Below are positions 52,500 through 64,000 of a stretch of DNA of 64,000 bases, one piece after another (positions within the stretch are counted from its first letter, which is position 1; the number at the start of each line of letters is the position of its first letter). Made by a program: the position numbers and the translations under genes. This DNA comes from an uncultured delta proteobacterium (GTDB lineage Bacteria > Myxococcota > Kuafuiibacteriia > Kuafuiibacteriales > Kuafuiibacteriaceae), in NCBI GenBank assembly GCA_963803435.1, contig CAWDML010000012.1:131317-195316 (forward strand), written 5' to 3'. Under the pieces are notes generated by a model, which was not told the DNA's origin, did not search any database, and was given only the letters and a program-made list of their open reading frames with translations.

Positions 52500-53062
52500 T
52501 GAGCGACTCGCCGAAGTCGGCTCCCGAAACTTCAACTTCGCCACCCGCTCGTCGGAGTCCGAACTCCACCAACACCTTCGCATCACGCGCGGCGTACGGC
52601 GGTCCAAGGACGGCTTTTTCCTGCGCGCCGAGAGCTACTTCCAACGTGGGCACCGAGATCGAGCGACTGGGCGTAGGATCGTCTTACGGCCGCTCCGTCC
52701 ACGAACAGTCGCACGGAGAGTCCTTCCTCGCGCTGATCACGGAGCGATTCCGCGCCGAGGGACTCTATATCCTCGACGAGCCGGAAGCGGCGCTCTCACC
52801 GAGCCGCCAGCTCTCGTTCCTCAAGGCCATGGACGATCTCGTGCGCGGCGGATCGCAGTTCCTAATCGCCACCCACTCTCCGATCATCATGGCGTATCCC
52901 CACGCCATAATCGTGCAGCTGGGTCCGAGCGGCCTCTCCGAAGTCCACGACGAGGAGACCGCGCACTTCCGGATCACCAAGGACTTCCTGAACGCCCGCC
53001 AGCTATTTCTCGAGCGGCTGCTTTCCGATGAGGGGGAGCGGGACGCGAACGAGAACACCTGA
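52500..53062 (+). pseudogene. 5'-truncated predicted ATPase (COG3910/AAA_21-like)
   Basis: FFLRAES, SHGESFL, LYILDEPEAALSP, IATHSP; Walker A absent; frameshift ~52640. Confidence 0.8.
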
Positions 53063-53144
53063 ATCGCGGGGAGCCCGACGACCTCGAAAATCCAGACAGA
53101 TGAGCGGGAGGACGTCTCGGAGTCTAGGTCCCGTAGAGCGAACT

Positions 53145-53372
53145 TCACGGCTGCGATTCGAGCTCGTCGAGGAACTCATCCATGTCGCTGACGCGTCCGG
53201 CCTTTGCATCCGCAATGCCGCGGCGGAGCGATGCGTATAGGCGCTCGCGCTCGTCCTCGGACATCTTCTCGCTGTGCGCGAGCTGCAGCTCGACCTCGGC
53301 GCCCTCGGGCAGCTCGGTGGACTCGTCGAGCTTGAGGCGACCGTTCTTCACTCGCGCCTTCCAGACGTGCAT
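53145..53372 (-). CDS. Small antitoxin-like protein (AF2212/DUF104-like N-terminus)
   Basis: KARVKNGRLKLDE..LPEGAEVEL..RRGIADAKAGR. Confidence 0.65.
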   Translation of the reverse strand: MHVWKARVKNGRLKLDESTELPEGAEVELQLAHSEKMSEDERERLYASLRRGIADAKAGRVSDMDEFLDELESQP

Positions 53373-53433
53373 GAGCAGATCCTACACCGGGCCAATCCCG
53401 CGAAGGCTTGAGGGTCGATCCAGCATGGCACCG

Positions 53434-54671
53434 TCATCGCGCACATACGGCCGTGTCGTTGTTCCCCGTGATCATCGTCCGACCAACGATCGCCACCCCG
53501 AGACGTTGGGCGAGCTCCTGGGCCTCACATGTTGGAAGCACCGGATTGTCGACAATCGTAAGGTCACCGCCGACGCTCGTCAGGACCGAAACGTTCAACG
53601 ACTCGAGAGCTGAGTTTTCCGCGACCAGGAACTCACCGACCTGCTCGAGCGCCGGCAGGCTCACCGTGGTGGAAGGGTTCGCGCGGAGCTCCAACTTGCC
53701 GCCAATCGAGGCAATCGACGCCAAATTCAAGTGCTCGAGGCCGACAATCGATCCGAGCGTCACTTTCCCATCGACTCGAGTCAGCTCGGGAAGGCCGGCT
53801 CCGCTCGAACTGAAGGCGAGAGACTGAAGGTCGATGGCCCCTGCAGATCGAGACGGTTCAACGACAGCGCGAGCGAGGACGCGACGACTTGGAGCGAACC
53901 GCCGACATACCGCAGGTTGGGAGCCTCGATCTGCGTCGATTGGGTCTGAAGCGACAGGGAGCCCCGGTGTTCGAGCACGGGCGCGTCGAACCGCTGCAGG
54001 TCCTCGCACCCCTGAACCTCAAGATGCTCAAGGACGTCGACTCGAGGGAGAGAGACCTCTCGGACCAAGTCGTTGTCGAGAGAAATGATCGTCGGACCTT
54101 CGAGCTCTGGTAGGACGAGCGACTGTGTCTTCGCGCTCGCGAGAGAGATTCCTCGCGCCGACTTCAGCAGCGGAAGCTCGAGAACCCGTCCATCCGAACG
54201 GAACAGCTCGATGCCCGCCATGGCCCGCTCCAGCGCGGGGAAGCGAATCATGTCGAGGCGAGGAACCTCGTCGAGCTCGAGGGACGAAGCGATGCTTCCA
54301 TTCGTCAGCTCCACCAGTCCGCCGAAGTTGATCTGCTGAAGCACCGGGAGCTTCGAGAACCAGAGCGAGCCCGCTGATTCGAGCGCAGGCAGGGCCACAC
54401 TCTCGAGCCCCGGGCAGTCGGCGAACCTGACGAACAATTCGACGCGCAAGAGTTTCGGAAGATCGATGCGCGTGAGGTCCGAGGTCTCGCACGCCACCAG
54501 CGCTGGCGTCTCGGTAAGCTCGCCCGCCGCCACAACATCCGCGTCGGTGCGGAGCGCGATCGAGCCGGCGGGAAGACCCGTCGGACAGAGGGCAGACGCT
54601 CCACCGACGTCGTCGGTTCCTCCTCCACAGCCGATGGAGACGGAGAGGATGGCGAGCCTCACCGTCTTCAC
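53434..54671 (-). CDS. Receptor-L-domain / leucine-rich lipoprotein (frameshift ~53830)
   Basis: Lipobox SIGC; LP.L..V repeats; terminal L.IVDNPVLPTC..ITGN. Confidence 0.75.
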
Positions 54672-54781
54672 GGATCGACTCTACCGCTCCCGCCTCCCTT
54701 CGGGCGCGCGCCCAAGTCGACCATCCATCGAGGCCATGGGTTTGGGTCCTATCGCACTCGCGCCGGCCAAGACCCACGGAG

Positions 54782-55882
54782 TTGTGTGCTACGCTCGCTC
54801 CGATGCGAGCGCACGGCCTCGTCATCGGAACAGGCATGTGGGTCATCGCTTCGTGCGGAGGTCCAGCGTGGAACGGGCCGGTCGCGCTCGAGCTTCGACC
54901 TGCGTTCTCGCGAAGCGTCGGCGTATCGCTGCGGCACTCCTTCTCGGCCCATCAACAGCGATGCACAGAAGACGGCTTCTGCGACGCGCATCGCGCCCCC
55001 AACGTCATGGCAGAGGTCACGGATCCATCGATCGCGAGCGTCGATCCGAGCTTCACCAGCGACTCCGACGTTCTTCCGTTCACACTGAGGGGCCTGCAAT
55101 CGGGAACCGCCGAAGTCATCGCTCGCACCCCCGACCTCGGAGCCATCACCCGGAGCTTCACCGTCGAGACGGTCGCGCGCACGGCGCTGTCGATTGCGCA
55201 GCCCTACGGCTACATGATCCAAGAGATCACCGAGGACCCGAACCTTCCCGGCGACGAGCCCAAGATCCTCACCCACTCCACGATCGCGGTGTTTCAGCGC
55301 CACTTCAGTGCATCCGGCGATCAGCTGTTCGGCGCCGCCGACTGGGGCGTGGACGGACCCCTAGGCACGCGGATCGAACAAGTGAAGCAAACGTTCGTCC
55401 CGTCCCCGCGCGAGTATGTAGGGATCGACGAGACTCCCATCACCGTCCGCGAGAACCTGACCACCGGAACCTCGACGGGCCCCGCGACCATCACCACGGC
55501 CGTCGGCGGCACCTTCGGCTTCGAGGTGGTCGACCTCGACGCGGTCGAGAACGTGTACTGGGGCAGCCATGACGACCCGCTCCCCACGCAGTTCGTGTTC
55601 GACCAACCAGAGGTCGGATTGGTCGTCGTCGCGAACCCAGAAGGCGCGGGCGGGGTGCGGATCCTCGGCGAGGGCCCTCCGATCAGCATCACGCGGATCG
55701 ACGAATCACCGAGCGACGGGAGCGAGCAGATGGTGGTCGACTTCAATACCAACTATCGAGCGATCGAGCTGTACGCCCTGACACCGGGGACCGTCACCCT
55801 GCGCTTCGAGTGGGCGGGATTCCAGACAGTGATCGACATTGTCGTGTTGGCCTCTGCCATTCGGCCGCCCTTCGTCGACTGA
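54782..55882 (+). CDS. Hypothetical lipoprotein with Ig-like domains
   Basis: VIASC lipobox-like; DPSIASV..GTAEV; beta-rich. Confidence 0.6.
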   Translation: MCATLAPMRAHGLVIGTGMWVIASCGGPAWNGPVALELRPAFSRSVGVSLRHSFSAHQQRCTEDGFCDAHRAPNVMAEVTDPSIASVDPSFTSDSDVLPFTLRGLQSGTAEVIARTPDLGAITRSFTVETVARTALSIAQPYGYMIQEITEDPNLPGDEPKILTHSTIAVFQRHFSASGDQLFGAADWGVDGPLGTRIEQVKQTFVPSPREYVGIDETPITVRENLTTGTSTGPATITTAVGGTFGFEVVDLDAVENVYWGSHDDPLPTQFVFDQPEVGLVVVANPEGAGGVRILGEGPPISITRIDESPSDGSEQMVVDFNTNYRAIELYALTPGTVTLRFEWAGFQTVIDIVVLASAIRPPFVD

Positions 55883-56115
55883 GAAAACAGATCCATGGGG
55901 ACGGACCTCACCGCTGCTCGCAAAGCGGGTTGCCAGACGCGACGCGGACATGCATGCGAGGGGTGGACCGACGCGATCTGATTCGGGTGCAGCCGGGCTG
56001 AGATCCGTGTGAGCTGCTCGGAACGGGCGATTCGAGGTCGTACGTTGCAATCGAGGCTCGTCGATCGGTCGTCCAGCGGTGGATATCTCCGAGCGAGAGG
56101 ATCCTGCTCGGGTTC

Positions 56116-56538
56116 GTGGGCGTGAGTCAGGCGTTTCGACCGTTCAAGAGCCGGAAAGGACGGCTGACGCGAGCTGACCTGCGAAAGCGCTGTGAGGAGG
56201 CGCGTCTGGATCTGCGGGCGCTCTATCGTGCGCTCGATGAGACCGGACTGCTGGTCGACGTGCCTCGGGAGGTCCGGGCTGTGGGAGAACTGGACGCCGA
56301 TCTCGCTGAGGCGTTGTGGGTTCTGGATCAGCCCAGAGGCCGGTTCGATTTGGAGGCGATGGAGCGGGACACGTTGGCCTCTCTGGAGCGAATTCCAGGA
56401 GCGCGCGATCGCGTGCTGTCTTTGTTGGACGAGGAGGAGCGATCGGATCTGCTCGCCTGCATGATCGCGGTCCGGGAGAGCCTCGCCTCGGAGGATGCGT
56501 ACCTGCAGATTCCGGGGCGCGATCCAATGGCAGGTTGA
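56116..56538 (+). CDS. Hypothetical IS passenger protein
   Basis: Intact 140-aa helical ORF between the IS left end and the transposase. Confidence 0.6.
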   Translation: MGVSQAFRPFKSRKGRLTRADLRKRCEEARLDLRALYRALDETGLLVDVPREVRAVGELDADLAEALWVLDQPRGRFDLEAMERDTLASLERIPGARDRVLSLLDEEERSDLLACMIAVRESLASEDAYLQIPGRDPMAG

Positions 56539-56594
56539 TCGCGACGCCCTTTGTCGGATCGGCGGGCGCGATCGGCAGCAATAGGCTCGGCTGC

Positions 56595-58119
56595 GATGAA
56601 GAAGCGCGAGCTGACGCGGGTCGAGAACCCGGGGAAAGATCCGCCCAGCCTGGGTGCCAAGCGGGTCCGTACGGAAGGCGATGGAGGTCGTGACCTTCAT
56701 CGAGAAGGGTGTTGGTGTTTGCCTTCGCCCGTGCCGCGATCACGCTGTTCCTGGTGCTTCGAGAAAGACGGTTGATGGAGCAGCAGACGTCGCAAATGGA
56801 GGTGGGCAGCCGGCGGTTCCGCCTCGCGCCGGCGATCAACCGCAGCCTGGCGACGATGTTCGGCGTCGTGCGCTACGCGCGCACGTACATGCGCGAGGTG
56901 GCGTCCGACGGGACGGCGCGGCTTCCACCCGCTCGACGCCGCCCTCGGGCTGGTTCGCGACCGGTTCAGCTGGAACGTGCTCGCGATGGCGGCACGGCTC
57001 GCGACCAAGCTGAGCTTCGCCGAGGCGCGCGCGACGCTGGCGGCGATTCGTGCCGAACGCGCCATCGACCGAGGTCATCGAGCATGCGGTGCTCGGCCTG
57101 GGCCGTCACACGCCGACTGGTTCGAGCAGGCAACCGGCGCCAGAGGACGACGGCGAGGTGCTGGTGATCATGTTCGACAGCAAGGGCGCCCCGACGGCCA
57201 CCGAGTCCGAACTGAGCCGCCGTCGCGGAAAGCGCCGTAGCGCCGGAAGACCGCCTCGCCACGCCACCGCGGCCGGCACCGTCGCTACCGTTACGAGAAG
57301 AAGCCGCGGCGGAAGAAGGGCGACAAGTCCAAGAACGCGAAGATGGCGACGATGGTGGTGATGTACACGCTGAAGCGCCACAGCAAGAACCTGCTCGGGC
57401 CGATCAATCGCCGCCTGTACGCCTCGTTTGCCCCGAAGCGCACGTCTTCGAGATCGCCCGCCGCGAAGCGAACAAGCGCGGCTTCGGGCCCGAGGGCTCC
57501 GGCAAACTCATTCAGATCGTCACAGACGGCGACCTGGACCTCGCCACCTACGTGGCCGAGCACTTTCCCGAGTGCGATGCACACAATCGACGTCATGCAT
57601 GTGATCGAGAAGCTGTGGAATGCCGGCGAGTGTTTCTTCCCCGAGGGCAGCAAGGAGCTTCGCGAATGGGTCGGCAGCAGAAGGAGCACCTGTACGCCGG
57701 CGAGATCGAGGACATCGTCCCCGGGCTCGTCGAGCGCTTCGAGCCATCGCCCGAAGACGGGGCCCGGCAACAAGGGCAAGCGCGAACGCCTCCACGGCGT
57801 GATCCGTTACATGGTGAAGCGTGGCGCCAAGATGCCCTACGACAGCATCATCAAGGACCTCGAGCTGGGCTCCGGCGCGGTCGAGGGCGCCATCAAGAAC
57901 ATCATCGGCAAGCGCTTCGACCACGGCGGCATGCGCTGGATCAAGGAGCGGGTCGAGGCCATCGTGCAGCTCCGCTGCATCGAGGCCAATGGCGACTGGG
58001 ACCCCTTCCTCGACTTCGTTCACGACCGAATGAACGCGGAGGTCAAACAGAACGGTGCCGTGCTACGCCTGCAATCCCGCGACCCCGCCCCTCTCCCGAC
58101 CGCCAAGAAGGCTGCGTGA
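56595..58119 (+). pseudogene. ISKra4-like DDE transposase, multiply frameshifted
   Basis: MFDSKG, VTDGD, D..H, GSG.VEG motifs in different frames. Confidence 0.75.
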
Positions 58120-58157
58120 CATGACCGGATCTGCACCCAAACGAAATTCGTACCGCA

Positions 58158-58363
58158 ATGGCTCACGCTCGCGAACCCATGCGCCTACCTCGGTTGATCG
58201 CGCCAAACGATCTACCGCGAGCTCGCGAAGGGAACGCCGATCGCCGACGGACGCGTCGGCCGTCGCCTTCGCTTCAGCCGAGAGGCTCTCGACCGCTACG
58301 TGGGCCGTGGTAACATCGACGTTCGCGACAGCATGGTCCGTTCGGCCGGAATGGAGGTGCTTT

Positions 58364-58390
<27 letters not shown>
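58158..58390 (+). pseudogene. Excisionase-like HTH remnant
   Basis: CAYLG*SRQTIYRELAKG..GRRLRFSREALD with an internal stop. Confidence 0.6.
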
Positions 58391-59071
<681 letters not shown>

Positions 59072-59134
59072 AAGTGCCGGAGATTCAAAGCACAAGCGTG
59101 TTCGGCAGGGAAGAGAAAAGATCGCCAAAAGGCC

Positions 59135-59158
59135 CGCGCTGCCATTCGCGCTGCCATT
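59135..59158 (+). repeat. Perfect 12-bp tandem repeat, putative arm-type sites of the right-hand integrase
   Basis: CGCGCTGCCATT x2 between the integrase stop and the tRNA 5' end. Confidence 0.65.
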
Positions 59159-59205
59159 TTGGCTGGAGCACGTGGCTGCCCAGCGTCTTCCACCGGCCCG
59201 ATCCC

Positions 59206-60482
59206 TCATGTCCCGACCGCCCCGACCAGCCGGACGACCTTCGCCAGCTCGGCCTGCTTCTCGCTGGGATCGATGCTCGAATAGACGTCCGACATCCGCC
59301 GGTCCGCATGTCCGATCATCGCCAGCTTCACCAGCTCGTTCATCCCCGACTCTCGCGCGAGGTCGTTGAACGTCCGCCGGAACACCTTCGAGCTCAGCTT
59401 CTTTGCGATCCCAGCCTTCTTGCAGATGATCGCGAACGGCTTGTCGAGCAGCGATTGGTTCGAATGCCACCCGTCTCCGACGGAAAGCACATGCCGCTGT
59501 CGAGGCCTGGCACCTGGTCCTTGATCATCAGCCGCCGATGCTCCTGCATCACTTCCCACATGGCCGGAGTGAACGCGGGGCCGCGCTTCTTCCGGTTCTT
59601 GGTGCGATCTCGAACGGTGCCTCGGTACTGCGAGCGCCGGACCTGGATCTCCATCGTCTCCTGACTGAAATCCTCGAAGCGGAGCGCCGTGAGCTCCGAC
59701 CACCGCATGCCGGTGAAGAACCCAATGACGAACATCGCGTGGTGCTGAGGGAACAGCGTCTTCGCAACCCCGAGGAACCGACGAAGCTCGTCGGGCCTCA
59801 GCGCGTTCGTGCCCTTCGCGGCCTGCACCTGGAGCTTCAGCTCCTTGTGCATGTACCGCTGAGGCTTGAAGCACGACGTCGGATCGCTCTCGAGATCGAT
59901 CTCGTCGACCGCCCAGTGAAGCAGCGCCTGCAGCGTGCGCCACCAGCCGAGCACCGTCTGCTCCGCATAGCGCTCGCCGCCCCGCTTCAACCGTTCGCTG
60001 GCCTCGATCGTCCACCGCTTCAGATCTCTCCTCTCGATCTCCTGCACCATGTGGTCTCCGAGGAACGGGAGAATGTGCTTCTCCAAGTTCTCGGTCTTGT
60101 GAGCGATCGTCGAACTCGCATCACCGCTTCTCACGCATTCCTCGAGCCACCGCTGCGCGCAGACCGAAAGGGTCATCGGCGGATGCACCTCCCGCCTCTG
60201 GCCGCGCAGCTCCTCCTCGAGCTCCTCGAGCCACTTCAGGCGAACCTGCGCCGCCTCGTGGATCGATCCAGCCTCCACTTTGCCTTGTCGAGGCACCCAC
60301 CGCTTCGTCTGCGGATCCTGAACCCGAATCCGGATCGAGTAGCCCCCCTCGGGCAGCCGACGAACGCCTTTGACTTGAGTCTTTCGGCTTCGCTCCTCCG
60401 GTCGCCGTTGTTTCTTTGTCTCCCTTCTCGAGGCGACGCCGGGCACGACTTCCTCGCGTCCGATCTCGTTCTCGCTGTTCAT
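59206..60482 (-). CDS. Tyrosine recombinase/integrase (frameshift ~59460)
   Basis: TGMRWSEL, KVFRRT, MIGH, SDVY; phage-type N-terminal domains. Confidence 0.9.
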
Positions 60483-60690
60483 CTCCAGTGCTCCTTTCGG
60501 GGAACACGGAGCGTCGACCTTGGACCATACCGTCCAGATCGTCGCGGTGGTAGAGGTCCGTTCGCCCTCGTTGGCCTCGCGGAATCAAGATGCCGCGTGC
60601 CTTCAGGTTTCGGATCGCGGACGGCCACTTGAACCGCAGGTAGACTGCTGCCTCCGTCGTCGTGAACCATGGTGAGTCCTCCCGCTCCAT
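60121..60690 (-). CDS. Excisionase-like HTH protein (HTH in the first ~60 aa; tail overlaps int)
   Basis: WFTTTEAAVYL..AIRNL..G.L..YHRDDLD. Confidence 0.7.
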   Translation of the reverse strand: MEREDSPWFTTTEAAVYLRFKWPSAIRNLKARGILIPRGQRGRTDLYHRDDLDGMVQGRRSVFPERSTGDEQRERDRTRGSRARRRLEKGDKETTATGGAKPKDSSQRRSSAARGGLLDPDSGSGSADEAVGASTRQSGGWIDPRGGAGSPEVARGARGGAARPEAGGASADDPFGLRAAVARGMREKR

Positions 60691-61092
60691 GGCGCTGCTC
60701 GGGCATCACGCGGAGATCGAGACGGGTGCCCGGAGATTGGGCGACCCTCGGCGCATGACCTATTCTGGCGGCCTCGACTGTTACCAAGACCAAGGCGCAT
60801 CTGCGGCGAGGCGGTCGAAGTCGTTGGCGTGGTCCTGGCGAAAAAGCCCGCCCACCTGGCTGGACGGCAACTGAGTCAGGTTAATTGCAATTCGGCTTGT
60901 CATCGTCGGTCACCTCAAGGTGCGGGAAGCTCGAGTCCTCGAGTCCTCGAGCCCCGTATTGGTTTCCGTCCGTGGCACCGGCTATTCGGCGGCCGCCGGT
61001 GCAGAGGCGACCTCATTCTGTCTCCAGCTCAATATGCAGAGGCACGAACCCTACCTCCTGCGCCGGACTCCGAAGCTATTTCTATTCGTGTC

Positions 61093-61785
61093 TCACCGCC
61101 TCTCTGCTCCGCAGCTCTTGTTCACTCTGAGTTCGGATTCGGAGACTTCTTCTTGGGACCGCCTCCGCCCTGGAGCGCCCGGTTTCCATGGGCCAATCAC
61201 CAGAGCTCCCAAAGGAGCATTCCTCAACGCCTTCTCTCGCTGAAACTCGTCCCACTCGTCCGAAATCGTCCAATCATCTTTGTCCACAAGGGCGTCCCTC
61301 AGGACATCTTGCATGTGACTGCCATGCACAAGAACGGCCTTGAGCTCTGAAATAAGATCTCCGATCAGCTCCACGGCGACTTCGCAGTTTTCGATATCGA
61401 AGCGCAGCAAGAAATGCAGGTCTTGAATGGCGTTCATGACCTCTCCAAGCCTGGCCTCGGAATCGATCGCCCGGTCAACACGACGAGTCCACGTCCCGCG
61501 GACCAACGCTGGGCGATACGGCTCAGCCCCCTCGAATCCGGGCAGGCTGACTTCGAGCAACTCCAGCAGTTCTTGGCCTCGCGTGAGCACATGTCGAAGA
61601 TCGTAGTCGATCTGCCGGGCATCCTTCACATGGATCTCCACGCCGTAGGGGAGGTCCATGGACAGCAGCGAGACAAGTTCGCGAGACGCTCCTATCAGAG
61701 CCTCGAAAGCTCGCTGCGCTACTGCAGCCGACGTCTCGCCGCGTGGGGCCTCACCATAGACAACGATCCGATTCTCGCCACCCAT
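61093..61785 (-). CDS. Hypothetical helical protein
   Basis: 230-aa ORF with GGAG RBS and protein-like composition. Confidence 0.55.
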   Translation of the reverse strand: MGGENRIVVYGEAPRGETSAAVAQRAFEALIGASRELVSLLSMDLPYGVEIHVKDARQIDYDLRHVLTRGQELLELLEVSLPGFEGAEPYRPALVRGTWTRRVDRAIDSEARLGEVMNAIQDLHFLLRFDIENCEVAVELIGDLISELKAVLVHGSHMQDVLRDALVDKDDWTISDEWDEFQREKALRNAPLGALVIGPWKPGAPGRRRSQEEVSESELRVNKSCGAERR

Positions 61786-61870
61786 ATTCTCACTCCCGGA
61801 AGGGCGTTGTCCGGTCGTTGATCCCGACCGGCGATGTGATTCATCGACACCCTAAGTTGCTTCTGTTCGA

Positions 61871-62101
61871 TCAAGAGTTGAAAGCGGCATCCAAGTCCTG
61901 GCGTCGAAACCTCAAGCGACGCCCAAGCCTTTTCGCCGGAACCTGGCCTCTCCGAACAGCCTCGTAGAGGGCCCGCCAAGACAGCCCCAAGTATCGGGCA
62001 GCCTCAGCGGCCACCCAAAGGTCGTCCGCGTGATCGGGAGACCCTCCGTCTGACTCGGATGCAGCGTGGCCCCGTGGATTCTGCTTCTTTGATTTCACCA
62101 T
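61871..62101 (-). CDS. HTH_17/excisionase-family DNA-binding protein
   Basis: AEAARYLGLSWRALYEAVRRGQVPAKRLGRRLRFRRQDLD. Confidence 0.85.
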   Translation of the reverse strand: MVKSKKQNPRGHAASESDGGSPDHADDLWVAAEAARYLGLSWRALYEAVRRGQVPAKRLGRRLRFRRQDLDAAFNS

Positions 62102-62309
62102 CGAACAGCTCCTCGAACCGGAAGCACGGTTCTCCCGGGCTTCTGTTTGGCGTTTGCCGTCCGTGCCCTCGATGGGCCTGCTTTCGCTCGGTGACGCCTG
62201 GACGATGTGGCGCCGCCGAATTCTAGTGGCCCCTCGTTCGGAGCCTCGAAAGTGGGCTCAGCGTGGACGGGTGAGGCTTCTTGTGTCAAATAGCTCTGAT
62301 TCCTAGACA

Positions 62310-62798
62310 GTGACTCGGGTCAAAAGACGGACGGCCCCATCTCTCCGTGGCCTTCAGCCTGGTGAAATCCGGGAGATTGCGGCCTGTTTGGAGAAGGGCG
62401 ATTCGAGCAAGCAGATTGCAAAGCGGCTCGGTCGCAACGTGCGTAGCGTCGATGACGTCCGGAGGGGACTCGACAGCATTCCGCAGATTGGCCGTCGCAT
62501 CACGAGTGATGTCCCAGCGCAGCGAATACACGTTCGGGTGGCCGCCCTAGCAGCAGGCCTGGACCGAAAGTCCCAGAAGGAGATCTGGGAGCAGCTTGTT
62601 GGAGCGTCTCAGCGCGCTGGGCTCGCTATGATCCGCGCCATCGATGCGAACACAAAGAAGAGCAGAGCAGGTCGAAGACCAGCGAGAGTCTCGCGCCGGA
62701 TTCGATCTCGAGATGTGCCCAGCTCGACGCCCTGGTTCAAACGAAAGAGGAGCGACTTCAGAACGGGCGAACGGCCTTTATTGAGAAGCACTGCTTGA
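62310..62798 (+). CDS. Putative HTH regulator
   Basis: GDSSKQIAKRLGRNVRSV; divergent from the HTH_17 gene. Confidence 0.5.
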   Translation: MTRVKRRTAPSLRGLQPGEIREIAACLEKGDSSKQIAKRLGRNVRSVDDVRRGLDSIPQIGRRITSDVPAQRIHVRVAALAAGLDRKSQKEIWEQLVGASQRAGLAMIRAIDANTKKSRAGRRPARVSRRIRSRDVPSSTPWFKRKRSDFRTGERPLLRSTA

Positions 62799-63163
62799 AG
62801 ACAGCGCGCGGGATCCTCGAGTTCTTGAGCGGTGACATAGAGGTTGCTGACATTCCTTTCGGAGCGACTTCGCCCACCGCCAAGAGGACGCAATCGGCGG
62901 GACGCATTCGCCTCCGAGTCCATCCGAAGTGGAAGCGCCCCCGTCGATGAAGCACGGATTCAATGATGATTGGTCCCGGCCCCAAGACATCCGTCTGGCG
63001 AATCCGCTTTGGAATTCGAGGCTCTGGCTGCACGAGTAATACGCCTCCGCTCCCCCGCCCCTGGGGCGACCTCGACGTTGATCGGAGCACCATCATTCTC
63101 CTCCCTGAAGTTGTAGAGGTGTTATTTCAAAACAACACCCCTACAACTTAGGAAGAGAAGAAA

Positions 63164-64000
63164 TCATGGGGTGTGCTCTTGCGGCGCCTCCAGCGGTTGT
63201 ACTGAGCGCCGCCGCTCACGATGGATTCTAGCCGGCACTTCCGAGGACTTTCGTGAGGCTCTGTACCCGTCAGCATGAAGGCCCGACAAGGGGTCGTGGG
63301 CAGCATCCCGCCGAGCCGCACCAGTGAGGAGACTCGCAGGGTCATCGCACAGCGCCAAGATGCCTTCTTCCAGCGTAACAAATTCCCCATCACCTCGCGT
63401 CACGGAAAGGCCGAGCCGGAACCTGCTTGCAGTCCCCTTCCAGCCACGCTGAACCCGCGTAAGAACAGGGACGCCACCTGCAGTTTGAGCCTTCACGAGG
63501 ACGCGCAGGGCCTTTCGAACCGTTCTCCGATCCGCCGAGCCCGCCTTTCCAAGCACCTTCGCGAAATGACTCTCCGTAAACGATACCTCGGGGCCCCACG
63601 CCTTCGTGGCTCGAATCAGCACTCCCAGAATGCGAAGCGCCGAACGGTGGAGGCGGCCACGTTTCAGTAGACCGGTCGCTGAAAGAACGCCTTCGATGTC
63701 CTGCTCGGAGATGCGTTCATCGATGGGGTCGCATTTTCCGAGTCCGAGGGGAGGCGGCTCCCAGTTGCGAGCCGCAGAACGAGCGTCGGCCCGCCACTTC
63801 AGCTCTTCGTGGCTGCTGTAGCCATTGTGGTGCTCCGACAGAAAGTCGACGGCATGTTCCTCTGCCTGCTTGCGAGTTGCTCCGGCATTCATTGCCGCCC
63901 GGACGAGGTCTAGGATGGCCAAGTTGGTCTGGCCGCCTGCGGTCAGTCCGCCTTTCCATTTTTCGGGCACGGGCAACTCCCCGGCCTCTCCGAAGAGAAC
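63164..64000 (-). CDS. Replication/primase C-terminal (PriCT-like + winged HTH) protein, 5' end beyond the window
   Basis: Frame open to the edge; GLTAGGQTNLAI..G..QAEE..FL..HHNGYS, then HTH-like DRRTVRKALRVL. Confidence 0.5.
   Translation of the reverse strand, partial: VLFGEAGELPVPEKWKGGLTAGGQTNLAILDLVRAAMNAGATRKQAEEHAVDFLSEHHNGYSSHEELKWRADARSAARNWEPPPLGLGKCDPIDERISEQDIEGVLSATGLLKRGRLHRSALRILGVLIRATKAWGPEVSFTESHFAKVLGKAGSADRRTVRKALRVLVKAQTAGGVPVLTRVQRGWKGTASRFRLGLSVTRGDGEFVTLEEGILALCDDPASLLTGAARRDAAHDPLSGLHADGYRASRKSSEVPARIHRERRRSVQPLEAPQEHTP

Larger units (their letters stand above)
55985..58138 (+). mobile_element. ISKra4/ISLre2-like insertion sequence with passenger ORF, degraded
   Basis: Terminal inverted GGGTGCAG / CTGCACCC; transposase fragments IDVMHVIEKLW and GSGAVEGAIKNIIGKRFD..GMRW. 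Confidence 0.75.
59135..64000. mobile_element. Integrative element (prophage/satellite-like) on the 5' side of tRNA-Val, extends past the window
   Basis: int, xis, second HTH, replication/primase-like gene; visibly lower GC. Confidence 0.7.

Overview
High-GC bacterial DNA (roughly 70% by eye). Gene content points to Myxococcota: several Ser/Thr kinases, PEGA/TPR proteins, Cys-rich lipoproteins and a giant TPR protein. Bases 1 to ~50 kb are chromosomal backbone. This part includes guaA, trmK, tldD, two 3-methyladenine glycosylases behind an OYE/TetR pair, two ECF sigma factors, a class V aminotransferase and signalling clusters. Its most unusual locus is a translationally coupled unit at 14.9-19.0 kb: a cytochrome with a contracted CxCH motif, a CxxCH lipoprotein cytochrome, an outer-membrane beta-barrel that itself carries CxxCH, a radical SAM/SPASM enzyme and a flippase-like protein. 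From ~50 kb the window is an integration hotspot around tRNA-Val(CAC) (58998-59071, minus strand). On the tRNA 3' side is a decayed ~8.5-kb island bounded by a duplicated tRNA 3' half and matching arm-type repeats; it carries ParDE, an ISKra4-like element, lipoproteins and a deleted integrase, and an older integrase remnant lies beyond it. On the tRNA 5' side is a second int/xis/primase-like element that runs off the window. Many genes have single-base frameshifts, most likely long-read assembly errors, so pseudogene calls are tentative. All family assignments come from motif recognition by eye; no searches were run.
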